Made by a program: the position numbers and the translations under genes. Below the pieces are notes generated by a model. It worked only from the letters and a program-made list of their open reading frames with translations, had not been told where the DNA came from and did no database searches. This document shows, piece after piece, positions 21,551 to 41,702 of a DNA stretch of 64,000 bases (positions are counted from its first letter, which is position 1; each line of letters opens with the position of its first letter). The stretch comes from the human T2T-CHM13v2.0 reference genome, Homo sapiens: the NCBI RefSeq assembly GCF_009914755.1, contig NC_060932.1. One strand, written 5' to 3'.

Positions 21551-24059
21551 TAACATGGAGCAGAGAAGGAAGCAGCAGTGGGGAAATGAAAGTTATTCTG
21601 AGTCACCAAGGAAAGTGACAATGATTCCTGATTCTGCATGGCGTGGCCCTCCAAGTCATCATACCACCACCACAATACCTCAAGGATGGTAAGGATTTGA
21701 AGAGAAGAGGGAGAGAGGAAGGAGAATCGAACAGGGAGAAGCAAGAGACTTCCCCAAGAGCCTGCCGAGACAGTATCATACTCAGTGCACAGAACAGGAA
21801 ACCGAGGCCCAGGGAGGTCAGGTGACTTGCCTGTGGCCACAGGTTTGCTCATCGGTACATAAGGGAAACCAACAAGGCCAATCACGATGGAATCTGGGCT
21901 CCAGCCAGGGCACCATGCACAGAGACGCTCCATGCCTTTGGGCCACCTGTCAGCCTCCTAGGAGGCAGCTCAAGTGAGGACGGAGTTTGTTGATGTTTTG
22001 TCTGCCACGCTACCCGCAGGGCCCACACCAGAGGAGAAACACCGACAACAGCATGCTGGCCAGGAGGGATTGCGGTGGCAGTTGCATGTCCTGTGGCTTC
22101 CTGGAGCTCACGCCGCCCCTGCAGATGCTGCGGCTGGGTCCCCAAGGCAGAGGGGGCAAGTGGGGCTCCTGTCTCCGCAGAACATTCCTGAGACTTTGCA
22201 TGGCGTTTCCTCCTGCTTGCTCACCCATAATGGGAACAGAGACCTCTTCCTGAGTCCCACAACTGCCCCACATCTGCTCCGGGGCCTTCCGTGCCCATGT
22301 CCCAGTCAGGAGCCCCTGGCCGGGCACAGGAACCATTGGTCTCAGTGGCCGCAGCCTCCTGGCGAGAGGGCAGGCGCCGATCCGGGAAGCTGCAGCTGCA
22401 GTGGCACTTTGCCCTCACAGCAGCCTCCACCCTGTGGGGCTGGGACAGGTGGCCCATTTTCCATCCCCAGAGATGCCAAAGGCATCCCCTGGCCAGAGTC
22501 TTTAAGTTGTCCCTGCAGATGTTGGCAGCCTCCTGGCCTGCGCTCAGCCATTAGGATGTCAGAGCAGCAAGAGGTTGTGTTCCTTGGGGCCCGAAGGGCA
22601 GAGCTGTCCTGGCTGTGCCACAGGGCTAGGAGGGGAAGCTGCCTTCCAGCTGAATGAGGCTGGAGGAGGCCAGTGGGGAAACAAGCCCACATCTGGAACA
22701 CAACTACCCAAAGGCCCTGGCATTCTGCATTAGCATCAACACGATCCAGAGGTCAAACCACACCCGAGACCATCTGCCGGGAGCCACTGAGCAAGCCACT
22801 TCGCTTCTTGGACTGGGTTTCCTCATCTGTAAAATAGGAATGTGAGCCGGACACAGTGGCTTCTGCCTGTGACCCCAGCACTTTGAGAGGCTGAAGCAGA
22901 GGGATCACTTGAGCCTAGGAGTTCGAGACCAGCCTGAGCAACACAGTGAGATCTCATCTCTACAAAACATTTTTAAAAATTAGCCTGGCTTGTTGGCGTG
23001 TGGCTGTGCTAACAGTGACTTGAGAGGCTGAGGGTGAGGTGGGAGGATTGCTTGCTTGAGTCCAGGAGGTTGAGGCTGCAGTGAGCCATGTTCATGTGAC
23101 TGCACTCCAGCCTGGGTGAGAGCAAGACCCTGTCTCTTAAATAAATAAATAAAGCAAAAGTAAATAAAATGGGAATGCACCTGACACTATCTACCCCAAA
23201 GGGCTTTTAGAGGATAAAAGGAGAATTTGTGCAACATTACTATAATCAAGCATACATTAAATTTTTATTCCCTAATAAGTAACTTTGTAAAGTGCACAGA
23301 CCAGAAAGGAGGATCGGGAGCAGAGAAGGTGGGAAGGAATGCAGCTACCTCTGCAGCTCCGCTTGGGAGCCCAGCTGCATGGGATGTTCTTCAGGTCGCC
23401 CTGGGGTCCTCCAGCTGTGCTAGTGGAAGCACTGGGGGTATAGGGGTTCAATAGCGCAGGGAGCAAGCACCCAATGGCTGAACGGCACCATTTCCCTGAA
23501 GCACTCCTGCCTCTCCTAAACAAGAAGTGGTGCCTGACTACTGAATTCCTATAAATGATTCAAGGTAAAGCAATAAACAAAAATACATCTGAAGTGCTCC
23601 TATCCAGCGGCCAGGAGTTGGACAAAAGTCAAACTCAAGTGTTTATTAATGTATTAAGTCACCTACCCTCCCAAGCTGAAAGGAGAACGTGTTTCAGTGG
23701 ATGGTCCAAACTTCCTCAATTGTGACAGAAGACATCAAAGGACCATAGCTCCCCTGTTGGTATGCATTGGCATGCCCACTGCAGAGAACATTTTGGGAAC
23801 CCAGGAACCTGCATTCTTATTTCCTGGTGGTTTCAAGTCCCTGGGAGAGGCTGTGTTCCCAAGAGTGACTGCCATTTGCAAAAGCATGTCTCTGTGATTC
23901 TGTGTGGCTCTCTTGTGCCCCCTACAAGATGATCCAGCATGCAGGGGAGGCTTCTGGGGTCTTGCCTCTTGCTGGAACCAACAGTGACCACTGGCACTCC
24001 CGTTGTCAAGGTTTCAAATATTTCATCACCACAGGTTCCCTTGACCTGACTATACTTTA

Positions 24060-24557
<498 letters not shown>

Positions 24558-25004
24558 TCAAGATCTGACATTTACAAAATCTGACTGTATAACACTTCCT
24601 CGAACAGAACTTCTGCCAGGTTTCCCTGCTGTTCTCCTGTCCCCAGAGTCTTCTCTCTGGTTCTGCGGCATCCTGGGGGCCATCCTCAGGAGCACTGTGC
24701 CAGGAGGGAACCTCTCCTGATGGAGCTTTTCCTGATCCAGAGAGGCTGCTTTACATCACAGTTTCACTCTGGTCTACTTACTAGGATCCAGGAAGCCTTG
24801 ACTCCATCAAACAGACCCTATACCTCTAATTCAAGCCACAGGAGGGGCCCTCACTCCCCTAGGAATGAGAAAGACAAAGAAGAAAACACACGCATGTGAT
24901 TACGTGCTCAGCCTTCTCCTCCTCAGTGCTGGGTTCTGCTAGGCCAGGCAGCATGCTGCAGAAGCTAGTGACATTTGTTCTTGGCCCTCAGAACAAATGT
25001 CTCA

Positions 25005-25570
<566 letters not shown>

Positions 25571-26999
25571 AGAGGAGACACAAGACAGAAGAAGCACCTG
25601 GTATGGGACAGCTCAAAGGAGGCACTGGTCGCTTTCTCTGAGCAGGGGGTTGGAATGGGACAGGCTTCGTGGGACAGGCATTGCTGTGCAGAGCTGAATA
25701 AGGGAAGTAGGCATTTGCCAAGCGAGCTGGGGCGAAGGGCACTGCTGGAAAGAGAGGCATAGGTGGGAGCCCAAGCCCTGAAGCATGGCACCATTGGGGC
25801 CTTGGCAGTCTCAGCCCATCAGTGTGGCTGGAGACGAGGGAGGTGAGAGCCAGAGATGAAGCTAGACAGGGAGGCGGGGCCAGCTCCGAGAGGCACTGTG
25901 AGCCATGCTAAGGGCTTTGGTCCTTATCCTCAGGGCAGGGAGAATAGGAACTAAAGGAGCCTCTGGGTTTCATCACTGTTCCAGATAGTTTGCATAAATG
26001 ATTAATGATCTCATTCATTCTCACGAAATTCGATGAGGTGGGTGTTACACATCCCATTTTGCGACAGCAACACTAGCTCAATGTTCACTGCTTCCCCTAA
26101 GTGGCAGAGTCCCATCCAACCCGGATCCTCCAGGAGCTGGACCCCTGCTCTCTCCACAGTGCAGCCTCTAACGGAGCGTGAGACCCAGGATGATTTTCCT
26201 CCCTTGCCCTATCGCCAGAAACCACCCCCCTCCTCACCCCACTAGCAGGAAGGGTTCAGAGAATGCCACGATTTCCCAGAGTTGGACCCTGGAACCTGGG
26301 GTGGTACAGGGTGGGGACCTCAAGGCGTTGGCCACTCACCCCGGGAAGCTGCCTGGGGATGCAAAAGCCTGGCTCCCTTGGGGAGAAGGGAGTGGAGTGT
26401 TTGTCTGCTCCGCTCTCTTCATCCTGGCTGAGACCCACCTGGAGCCCACCCAAGGGGTCGTGGCTCCGCTGCTCTGTGACTGAGGTCACCAGGCGAGAGG
26501 AATTCCAGAGATTCCTGCTGAGGCATCAGCCCCAGCTCATCTCCTCTCTGCACCCAGTTTACTTGGTTGCTTAGTTGCAGAATATTTTGGTTCTTTTCGT
26601 TCCACCCTCTGAAAGTTGGAGCAGTTTGCAAGAATAGGTCTCTTTTCCTCTGTCATATGTGTCAGGCATTTGGGGAATCCTCACCAAATATCTGCTGAGT
26701 TAAACAATTAATACTGAAGTGCATCATTTGTACAAATGCCTTTTATTTACTCCTTCACATTTACTCCACACCAAGCAAGACCTGCCACCATTTTACAGAG
26801 ATTTGTCCTCAAAGAAGTCTGGCTAAGCCAAGTGCGGTGGCTCATACCTGTAATCCAGGCACTTTGGGAGGCCGAAGTAGGTGGATCACCTGAGGTGAGG
26901 AGTGTGAGACCAGCCTGGCCAATATGGCGAAACCCTGTCTTTACTAAAAATACAAAATTAGCCAGGCATAGTGGCAGGTGCCTGTAATCCCAGCTATCA

Positions 27000-27098
<99 letters not shown>

Positions 27099-27140
27099 CT
27101 ATATATATATTTTAAAAAAAAAAAAAAAGCAAAGAAATCT

Positions 27141-27301
27141 GGTTCCTTGCAACTCAAAGTGTGGACTCGGGACCAGCAGCAACTGGGGGCTTGTGAGAAA
27201 TGCAGACTCCCGGGCTCCACCCCAGACCTGCTGAACTAGAAGCTTTATTACAAAAAGATCCTCCAGTGATTCATATGCATGTTAAGATCTGAGAAACACT
27301 G
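27141..27301. mobile_element. MER5A-like hAT MITE
   Basis: CTCAAAGTGTGG...GAAATGCAGACTCCCGGGCTCCACCCCAGACCTGCTGAA...TGAGAAACACTG. Confidence 0.65.
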
Positions 27302-28351
27302 GGGACATGACTTTGCGCTTGTACCCAGAAACAATCATTAACCCCAATTCCATTCCTTTGATAACTTCTAAAGTGATATTCTTTATATATTCAGAATCAA
27401 GTTACATTCTGAGGTCAGGAAACATCATGAGCCCCTACAAATTTCCTCTTCCAAATTCTTCCCCTTGAGTGTACCTGCCCCATCCCTGCTTTTGGCAACA
27501 ATGATGGTTTTAAGTAGGAAAGAAGGAAGTGAGAGTAGAAAAATGTTGAAATGACACATTTGAGGGTGACAGCCAAACACCTCGTCTCTGAAATTGCCAC
27601 TCTACATAGGGTGTGTACATCCTGTGCCCTGTTAATTCATTCCTTTGCCAAGTCTTTAACCATTTAAACAGAAGATAAGGTGGTTTTTCCAAGGTCACAC
27701 ACATAGTAGCAGGGATGGGGAGGGGAGAGGGACGCGTAAGCCCAGAGGATGCCCTGGTTGTGCCAGTGTCCCCAGAAAGACAGGAGAAACCCATGTGCCA
27801 GGCCAGCGCCCTCCCTTGCCATGGCAGGCAGGGTTTCTACATTTCTGGCTGCAGCAGCTGCTTCTTCATGGCCACTGCCTGGGGTGGAAGGCAGAATGTC
27901 GGCTCCCATGTCAGACACCTGTTTTGAATCTTAGTTCCACAATTTACCAGTAGCGTGGCCTTCAGCAAGACACATGCTCTCTGAGCCTGTTCAGACAGGG
28001 ACAATATTCACTTTGCAGACCGGCTCTGAGGACTGAAGGAAGCATGTTGGCTGGGCCTGCAGTGTCCAACTCATATTAGATGTTATATCTCAGAGAGGGG
28101 CCCCTAGTCATCCCCACCACGTGTTCTACTCATTGCCACCTCGTTCCACAACCTTCACTGACACTCTGCTACCTGTGGGAGAATGTGCAGACTCTAGAAC
28201 TCAAGGCCTCCCCGATCTGGTCCCCATCTCACCCTTGCAGCCTACTTCTATCCTACTTCTTTAAATGAAGGTGTGCTAACAAATCTGATTTTCTTATTTC
28301 TAACTTATACAATATTATTTCTTCTAGAAATTATAGACAAATCCAATGGCA

Positions 28352-28844
28352 CAGGAATCCCCAACCCCTGGGCCACGGACTGGTACTGGTCCATGGCCTG
28401 TTAGGAACCGGGCCACACAGTAGGAGGTGAGTGGCAGGCCAGCTAGCATTACAGCCTGAGCTCTGCCTCCTGTCGGATCAGCAGCAGCATTAGATTCCCA
28501 CAGGAGTGTGAGCCCTATTGTGAACTGCGCATGCGAGGGATCTAGGTTGTGTGTGTGCTCCTTATCAGAATCTAATGCCTGATGATCTGTCACTGTCTCC
28601 CATCACCCCCAGATGGGACTGTCTAGTTGCAGGAAAACAAGCACAGGGCTCCCACTGATTCTGCATTATGCTGAGTCGTACCATTATTTCATCATATATT
28701 ACAATGTAATAATAATATAAATAAAGTGCACAATAAATGTAATCCTCTTATATCTTCCCGAAACCATGCCCCACAACCCTGGTCCACAGAAAAATTGTCT
28801 TCTACATAACCAGTCCCGGGTGCCAAAAAGGTTGGGGAATGCTT
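28352..28844 (+). mobile_element. MER1A/B hAT DNA transposon
   Basis: Runs CAGGAATCCCCAACCCC...CCAAAAAGGTTGGGGAATGCT, with an imperfect TSD CAATGGCA/CAATGGGC. Confidence 0.85.
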
Positions 28845-28846
28845 CA

Positions 28847-29200
<354 letters not shown>

Positions 29201-29535
29201 TTACTTCTCTTATGCCTGCTAGGGAATTTTGGTGTTTTTCTTCGTCGACAAATAATATTCCTTATTTCCAAATAGCTATACCTCCTTTTTTTATTAAAAT
29301 AATCCTAAGGTTATTATTGGTAAAAGTGTATTTAAAGTTTAACCCAAGTTCCATTTAAACAACTATGTCTAAGTGAAGTTGGCCTCTCCCACTATTAATA
29401 AATCTTCTCACTATTTTGCAACATAGTTGGCTTCATTCTGTTAACTTTTAATGAGTTGTTCATTCAGTTATGGGATTTTAAACTGATAAGAGTTGGGCGT
29501 ATAGTTCCGGTTAATTTTTTATGCTAACGATGTAA

Positions 29536-29847
<312 letters not shown>

Positions 29848-29941
29848 TAAAGTGTTGAGATTACAGGTGTGAGTCACCGCACCCGGCCTACTTTGTTATT
29901 TTCATACAGCACTTTTTCTTTTTTTTCTTTTTAAAAATTTA

Positions 29942-30043
29942 CATCACACAGGTAGTGTGCCGACATCTTGATAATGTTAGAGGGAGGCACATCCATCCAT
30001 GAGCGTGAAAACTCAACTATCTGCTTATGAGCTACGAAAGGAT
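29942..30043 (-). pseudogene. U13 (SNORD13) snoRNA retro-pseudogene
   Basis: Minus strand ATCCTTTCGTAGCTCATAAGC...GATGTGCCTCCCT...GGCACACTACCTGTGTGATG aligns to U13 (ATCCTTTTGTAGTTCATGAGC...GGCACATTACCCGTCTGACC). It has an A-rich tail (29915-29940) and a TSD CATACAGCACTT/CACATAGCACTT. The C and D boxes are degenerate. Confidence 0.85.
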
Positions 30044-30429
30044 CACATAGCACTTCTTCCAGATTCCCAGTGTTTTTCATGTCAATGACTGAATATGAAT
30101 ATTTTGGGAAATGTTAAACACAATTTAATTAGACGTGGGAAAGGACTAGGGTGAATTCAGAGTAATCAGATGTCCCCAAAACTACCCCTAGTAAATTAGT
30201 TTCTTGGACTGAGCTATAATTCGATCATCCAAACCTTTTAGCATTCTTACCATGTTCTGACTCATCTCCTTTAGAAGTTCCAATAAAATGCATCATATTA
30301 TGAATTACAGATTTTTCATTGAGGAGAGAGAGGGGTGGTGTGTGAGCATTCTATGGACTGTTTTATTAATTGTCAAATTCTCCTTTGGACTATTTAACCA
30401 TGGAGACCTTCATAAACATTGTAGTCTAA

Positions 30430-30762
<333 letters not shown>

Positions 30763-31089
30763 TGAGCCACTGCACCTGGCCTTCCTAACAGTTTTATAAC
30801 TACACTTGTACTGACTCTTCTATCCAACCAAGGCTTTGCTGATATGGTGGGTAAATAAGCTGAGGTTATAGAAGAATATCATTTCTAGAAGAGGTTCTCA
30901 GACAGATATAAGCACCACACATTTAATGTTAAGCCATTACTTGCAGTTCTCTGGTAAAAAAAATTCTTTGTATTTAGGACAAAGCATGGTGAGATACCTT
31001 AGTTCTTGTCAGGGTCTCGATTTATGTATTCTCCAATATTAAAGTCATTTTTGTAATATCACCTATTTACAAACCTAAATGTAATAATT

Positions 31090-32830
<1,741 letters not shown>

Positions 32831-33419
32831 ATGGAGAAATAATTTTAGCTTCATTTATACTTCAGCTGGAGCTATCCATGATTTAGTTGAAACTTAACTG
32901 CACTTTTTAAATCTTAAACATACTGTACATTGGGGAGTACTGGTTTAAGTCAATGGTATGAATTCAGTTGCTATGCTAGGATGAAATTTACCATTCTAAG
33001 GATAGCTTAGTCAAACCCTCATGTATCACTTGATTTTTAAAAATCACTGCTGATTCCCGGGTGACACAGTTGAACAAGATATGGTAAGCTGCCTTATGGT
33101 GTGCTTGCTGCCAGGGCCCTTTAGCTTTCGGTGAACGAGGGGTCTTTATGATCAGTAATGCTGATGCTCCCATGCATAGTTCTGCTGACAACTAACAGTG
33201 AAGCCAGGCCCAACCTCCATGCATCTTGGCCTATAAAAGCCCATCTGTGGGTTTCCATTGCCTGGCTCTCATATAAGCTAAATTAATTCGGGAAGCTTTT
33301 GTGTCCTGTGTCCGTATTATTATTATTTTTTTGAGACAGAATCTCACTCCGTTGCCCAAGCTGGAGTGCAGTGGTGTGATCTTGGCTCACTACAACCTAC
33401 GTCTCTGGGGTTCAAGTGA

Positions 33420-33641
<222 letters not shown>

Positions 33642-34847
33642 TAATTTACATACATGTAAATCCAATTTACAAGTATTATAAGACCCATTAGTAATTTAAA
33701 CATTGTTTATACTTAACAGTTAACCTTCTGATATAGTATAATAGTTATTGCTGTTGTAGATACTAATCTTCCTTTAGAGGCTTAACAAGATAATAAAAGT
33801 AATAGGGTTAGTAATTCAGGGAGGTGGGAGGATTTGCAGTAAATTAATTAGATTAATTTAATTTTATATTTATTTCTACTTTATACTTTTTTTGTTTTTT
33901 TTTGAGATGGACTCTTACTCTGTCGCCCAGGCTGGAGTGCAGTGGTCTCAGCCTCCCAAAATGCTGGAATTACAGGCGTGAGCCACCGCACCCGACCACT
34001 CACAAACATTAAGTAAACAGCATTTACAGATTGCACATGGCAAGCTGTGAGCCTATTTTTCGGTTTCCATGGCCATATCAGGATTGCAGCATCCCTCATA
34101 TTTAATAAGATACCATGTGACCTGCGTGACGGCAAGATGTATCCGTAGGATTTGTGCACTTTTCTGTTTGTCTGCTAAGGTTACATTAAAATAAAACAAA
34201 ACAAAAGATATCCAACAGATGAAACCAGTTATGCATGACTATAGACCTATTAGTCATGAATTCATTGTCATGAGGTTTTATTCAAGAGAATGAAGGGCAA
34301 TTTTGGGTTGCATGATCTTGAAGAAAGACCCAGATACTAGCTGTCTATATTTCAGCCTAGAAATTGTTTTGAACAGTAGGCCAGTGCCAAGAAGAAGGAT
34401 CCTTGGCCAAGCACGTTGGGGCACACCTGTGGTCCCAGTACTTTGGGAGGCTGAGGCAGGAAGATTGTTTGAGCTCAAGAGTTGGAGACCAGCCTGGGCA
34501 ACATAGTGAGACTTCATCTCTACTACAAATTAAAAAAAAATTAGCTGGGTTTAGTGACACACACCTGTAGTCCCAGCTACTCAGAAGGCTGAGGCAGGAG
34601 GATCGCTTGAGTCTGGGTGAATCGAGACTGCAGTGAGCTATGATTGTGCCACTGCACTCCAGCCTGGGTGACAGAGCAAGACACTGTCTTAATTAATTAA
34701 TTGATATAAAATTTCCTACATTCTATTATAATGATTCCGTACAATTAGAGAGCTGTAAATACTTAATTTAGACCTACCAGTAAAACAGTAATGTTTATGT
34801 AGAGGAGGAAAGATCATTTTCTATTTTTCACAGTTCTTAACTGGAAC

Positions 34848-35598
<751 letters not shown>

Positions 35599-36017
35599 AG
35601 GACAGACCCATGTAACAAAAGACAGATTAACAAGAGAAAAAGAAGCAGATATTTAATTACTTGTGTGCCTCATGTGTATATGGGAGATACCTAAAAAATG
35701 AGTAAATCTCAGGTGTGAGCCACTGCATCCAGCCACTTTTTAAATTGTAAACATACTGTACACTGGGAAGTACTGGTTTAAGTCAATGGTATGAATTCAG
35801 TTGCCAGGATGAAATTTACCATTCTGAGGATAGCTTAGGATGAAATTAACCATTCTGAGGATAGCTTAGTCAAACCCTCATGTATCATTTGATTTTTAAA
35901 AATCACTGCTGATTCCGGGGTGACATGGTCAAACAAGATGTGGTATGCCTTATTGTGTGCTTGCTGCTAAGGCCCTTTAGCTTTTGGAGAATGAGGGGTC
36001 CTTATGATCAGTGTGCT

Positions 36018-36388
36018 GACAGCAATCACATTCTACACATTCTACTCCCCGCTGTTGAGCTATGTGTTCATCTCTTGAACCTGTTTGCTATTACCACAGG
36101 TAGCTATAAATTAACACAACAATGCTATAACAGACACTATAACCCACACTCTCAGCTTAACGATGTATAGCCAATCAATAACTGATGTTGTTTTAATATA
36201 AATTCTTGGTAAACAACTCAGAAACTGCCTCTTGCCTCCCACAAAAATCCACTTGTAATTGCCGCTAAGCAGGGTATATATTTAGGGCAACTTGAATCTG
36301 TGTTCCTGGGTTGCAATCCTCAAGCGTGACTCAAAGAAACATTTTACTTGTACTAACTTTGCCTCAGCTTCTTGCTTTTAGGTTGACA
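36018..36388 (+). mobile_element. Second, 5'-truncated MER65-like LTR
   Basis: Homologous to 35236-35598 (GAGCTATGTGTTCATCT...GTAGCTAT.AATTAAC...TTTTAGGTTGACA). Confidence 0.6.
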
Positions 36389-37069
36389 CCATAAGGCCAG
36401 GTGGCTTTTTGAGCCAGGTACCAAGTCAATTCTTCCAAAAGGCTTTATTGGTTCCTTAAAGTCCTCCTTAGTTCCCAAAAACAGTCAGGTCATATCTGAT
36501 TCTGTGCATGTTCTTCTCATGTATGGCTCAGTGAAATAATTGGTAATATCACCAATGTTTCCAGTTGAGTTCTGTCATACAGAGAACAGATTCTCATTGA
36601 ACCTATGCAAAAAACTACATTGCCATGAAAATAAGAATGCTTCGTAAAAGTTCTGAATTCCAGATGGAACAGGTAGGGAGAAAAAAATAAATACTTCAAT
36701 TCTGTTTACAAACGTATAATTTACCAGATTGCTGTAAATTATAGTTAGCTTAAGAAAAAGAGAAAAAACGTTTCCTTAAATCAGCAAAAACAAAACATTT
36801 AAAAAAAGCAGTGTTCAAACAAGGAGTCATAAAAATTATAATCAGCCTCCTCAGTTTATTTAGTCCCAGGTAATTAATTCTTGTTCTGCTTGATCTTAGT
36901 TCAGTTTCATTATTAGAATTCTGGAAATTCCTACCCAATCCAGTAAGATGATCTTAAAGTTATTATATCAGAAACTTATACTTGTCAGAGTTGTCATCAT
37001 GCATTTCCTTGGAGACAAAGCTCTTTCAGGTTATAGTTGCTTACAAAAGCTTTCAGGAAAGGATCAGAG

Positions 37070-38655
37070 TGTTAGTGGCGGCAAATCCATGCCCGTCTGC
37101 AGCAACCTCAGTTCTTGCCTCCTCAGAAGAAAGAATTTGACTGAGGGGCATAAGGCAGAAGAAGAGACCAAGGCAAGTTTCAGAGCAGGAGTGAACGTTT
37201 ATTAAAAAGCTTTAGAGCAGTAATGAAAAGAAAGTAAAGTACACTTGGAAGAGAGCCAGGTGGACATCTTGGAGGTCCAGCAGGGGGTCTGACCTTTTTA
37301 TCTTTTTATTTTTTATATAAGATGGAGTTTTCACTCTTGTTGACCAGGGTGGAGTGCAATGGCTTGATCTCGGCTCACTGCAGCCTCTGCCTCCTGGGTT
37401 CAAGCGATTCTCCTGCCTAAGCCTCCTAAGTGAGTAGCGGGGATTACAGGTGTACACCACCAAGCACGGCTAATTTTGTATTTTTAGTAGAGACAAGATT
37501 TCACCAAGTTGGCCAGGCTGGTCTCAAGCTTCTGACCTCAAGTGATCTGCCTGCCTCGGCCTCCCAAAGTGCTAGGATTATAGGTGTGAGCCACTGTGCC
37601 CAGCCAGGTTTGACCTTTTGACTTGGGGCTTTATATGTCGGCTTACTTCCAGCATCTTGCATTCCTTTTCTGGTGGAATACCCCAGAAAGGTCATATACC
37701 AGTTAAACTCCGCCATTTTGCCTCTTAATGTGCATGCTTGAGCTCACTTGCCCAACTCCTGAGATCTTATCAGGAAGATGCTGATCACCAGTTTCAGGGG
37801 TTTTTTTTATCTATAGGGAGACTGCCTTTCCCTGGCAGTGGTTAGGACCAGTTGTTATTTTAGAGAGGCAGTGTGACAGCTGCCTGACTGTAACTACCCA
37901 AGGGGTTCACCTTGCTCGCCTCCTAGAAAGAGCCAATTCATCAAGACAGGGGAATTGCAATAAAGACTAATTAATGCAGAGCTGGCTGTGCAGGAGACCA
38001 GTTTTATTATTACTCAAATCAGTCTCTCCCAGCAGTCGGGAGCAGAGTTTTTAAGGACAACTTCGTGGGTTGGGGGAAGCCAGTGAGCTAGAAGAGCTGA
38101 TTGGTCAGGGATGAAATCACAGGGAGTCGGAGCTGTCTTCTTGCTCTGAGTCAGTTCCTAGGTGGGGGCTGCAAGATAAGATGAGTCAGTTTATTGATCT
38201 GGGTGGTGCCAGCTGATCCATCAAGTGCAGGGTCTGCAAAATATCTCAAGCACTGATCTTAGGAGCCATTTAGGGAGGGTCAGAATCTTGTAGCCTCCAG
38301 CTGCATGACTCCTAAACCATAATTTCTAATCTTGTGGCTAATGTCAGTCCTACAAAGGCAATGTAGTTCCCAGGCAAGAAGGAGGTCTGCTTTGGGAAAG
38401 GGCTGCTATCGTCTTTGTTTTAAACCATAAACTGAGTTTCTCCCAAAGTTAGTTCAACCTACGCCCAGGAATGAACAAGGACAGCTTGGAGGTTAGAAGC
38501 AAGATGGAGTCAGTTAAGTTAGACCTCTTTCACTGTCTCAGTGCCTTTTGCAAAGGCAGTTTCATGACCATCACCTGATGTTCGCCTGACTTTCCTGGTG
38601 AGGCATGAGGCCCTCTCCTGCCCTGTTCCTGCCTGACGAGCTTCCCACTGTAACA
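37070..38655 (-). mobile_element. MER50/MER66-like ERV1 LTR containing an Alu (37300-37606) and an LTR8
   Basis: Has TGTTA...TAACA ends and the plus-strand block CTGCAGCAACCTCAGTTCTTGCCTCCTCAGAAGAAAGAATTTGACTGAGGGGCATAAGGCAG typical of this LTR group. Confidence 0.65.
37889..38564 (-). mobile_element. LTR8 solo LTR (ERV1), full length
   Basis: Minus strand TGAAACTGCCTTTGCAAAA...GGTAGTTACA, 4-bp TSD TGAC (37885-37888/38565-38568), AATAAA at 38003-38008 (minus). Confidence 0.85.
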
Positions 38656-38789
38656 AAAATAAAACAATTAACTGTGGATGACAAAATTCTTAAAATGGTC
38701 ATGATAAAAGATTTTATGAGAGTTCATTATAATGTAATTGACAAGAAAATGTGATTATTTCTGTGATACACAACATTTTAAGACAATAA

Positions 38790-40150
<1,361 letters not shown>

Positions 40151-40912
40151 CAGCCTGGCCAACATGGTTAGACCCCATCTCCACTAAAAATACAAAAATT
40201 AGCTAGGCATGGTGGCGGGCACCTGTTGAGGCAGGAGGATTGCTTGAACCGGGTGGGGGTTGGGGGGCGGAGGTTGCAGTCAGCTGAGATCACACAACTG
40301 CCCTCCAGCCTGGTGACAGAGTGAGACTCCATCTCAAAAAACAACAACAACAAAAAACAAAAAACTAGAATTATGACTGATAACATTATACAAGGACATG
40401 TCATGGAACATTCATATTAATAACATATATCCATACAAAGGAAACTTTTAAAAGATTAAGCATCACTTCTCTCTTTTTTTTTTTTAATATTTAGAGATGG
40501 GGTCTTGCCATGTTGCACAGGCTGGTCTTGAACTCCTGGCCTCCAGCAATCCACCCACCTTGACCTCCCAAAATGCTGGGATTCCAGGTGTGAGCCACTG
40601 TGCCTGGCTACTTCTTTTTCAGCCATGCTTCCTATGTAATTTAACATATCAAATAAGCCTAATTAGTTTAATATCTCTCTGTAAAATCTCAAAGTGAGGT
40701 CTAGGTCAAAAAGACTTCATTTAGATTTTGATTTGGGAAAGTTGTCGAAACTGTCAAAACATTTAAAACTCTTGATTAAAATAAATCACAGGGGCTGGGC
40801 GCAGTGTCTCATGTCTGTAATCCTTGCACTTTGGAAGGCCGAGGCGGGTGGATCACCTGAGGTTGGAGTTTGAGACCAGCCTGACCAACATGGAGAAACC
40901 TCGTCTCTACTA

Positions 40913-41062
<150 letters not shown>

Positions 41063-41417
41063 TCACACACACAAAGAAATCATAGGTCACTGTGAAACAA
41101 TACTTAGTTATCCATATAACCAAAGTGAAAAAAATTTCAAGAGCAAATACAAAAACTAACATAGCCTTTTAAAAATATTTCAAAATTTTAATTTAAAATA
41201 TTTTTTAAATTAGAGACAAGGTCTCACCATGTTGCCCAGGCCGGTCTTGAGCTCTTGAGTTCAAGTAATCCTTCCACCTCGGCCTCCTAAAGTGCTGAGA
41301 TTATAGGCATGAACCACCACACCCGGCCAATGTAGTTGTTTTTTTAAAAAACACCCCAAATCTTATCTCTTTTACGAGAGAAGGCTCAGTTTTTTTTTTT
41401 TGTTTGTTTGTTTTTGA

Positions 41418-41702
<285 letters not shown>

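Noticed and set aside
21974-22657. 227-aa ORF in a GC-rich stretch
   Set aside because: GTG start, low-complexity P/G/S/C composition, and overlapping ORFs in several frames on both strands, as expected by chance in GC-rich DNA.
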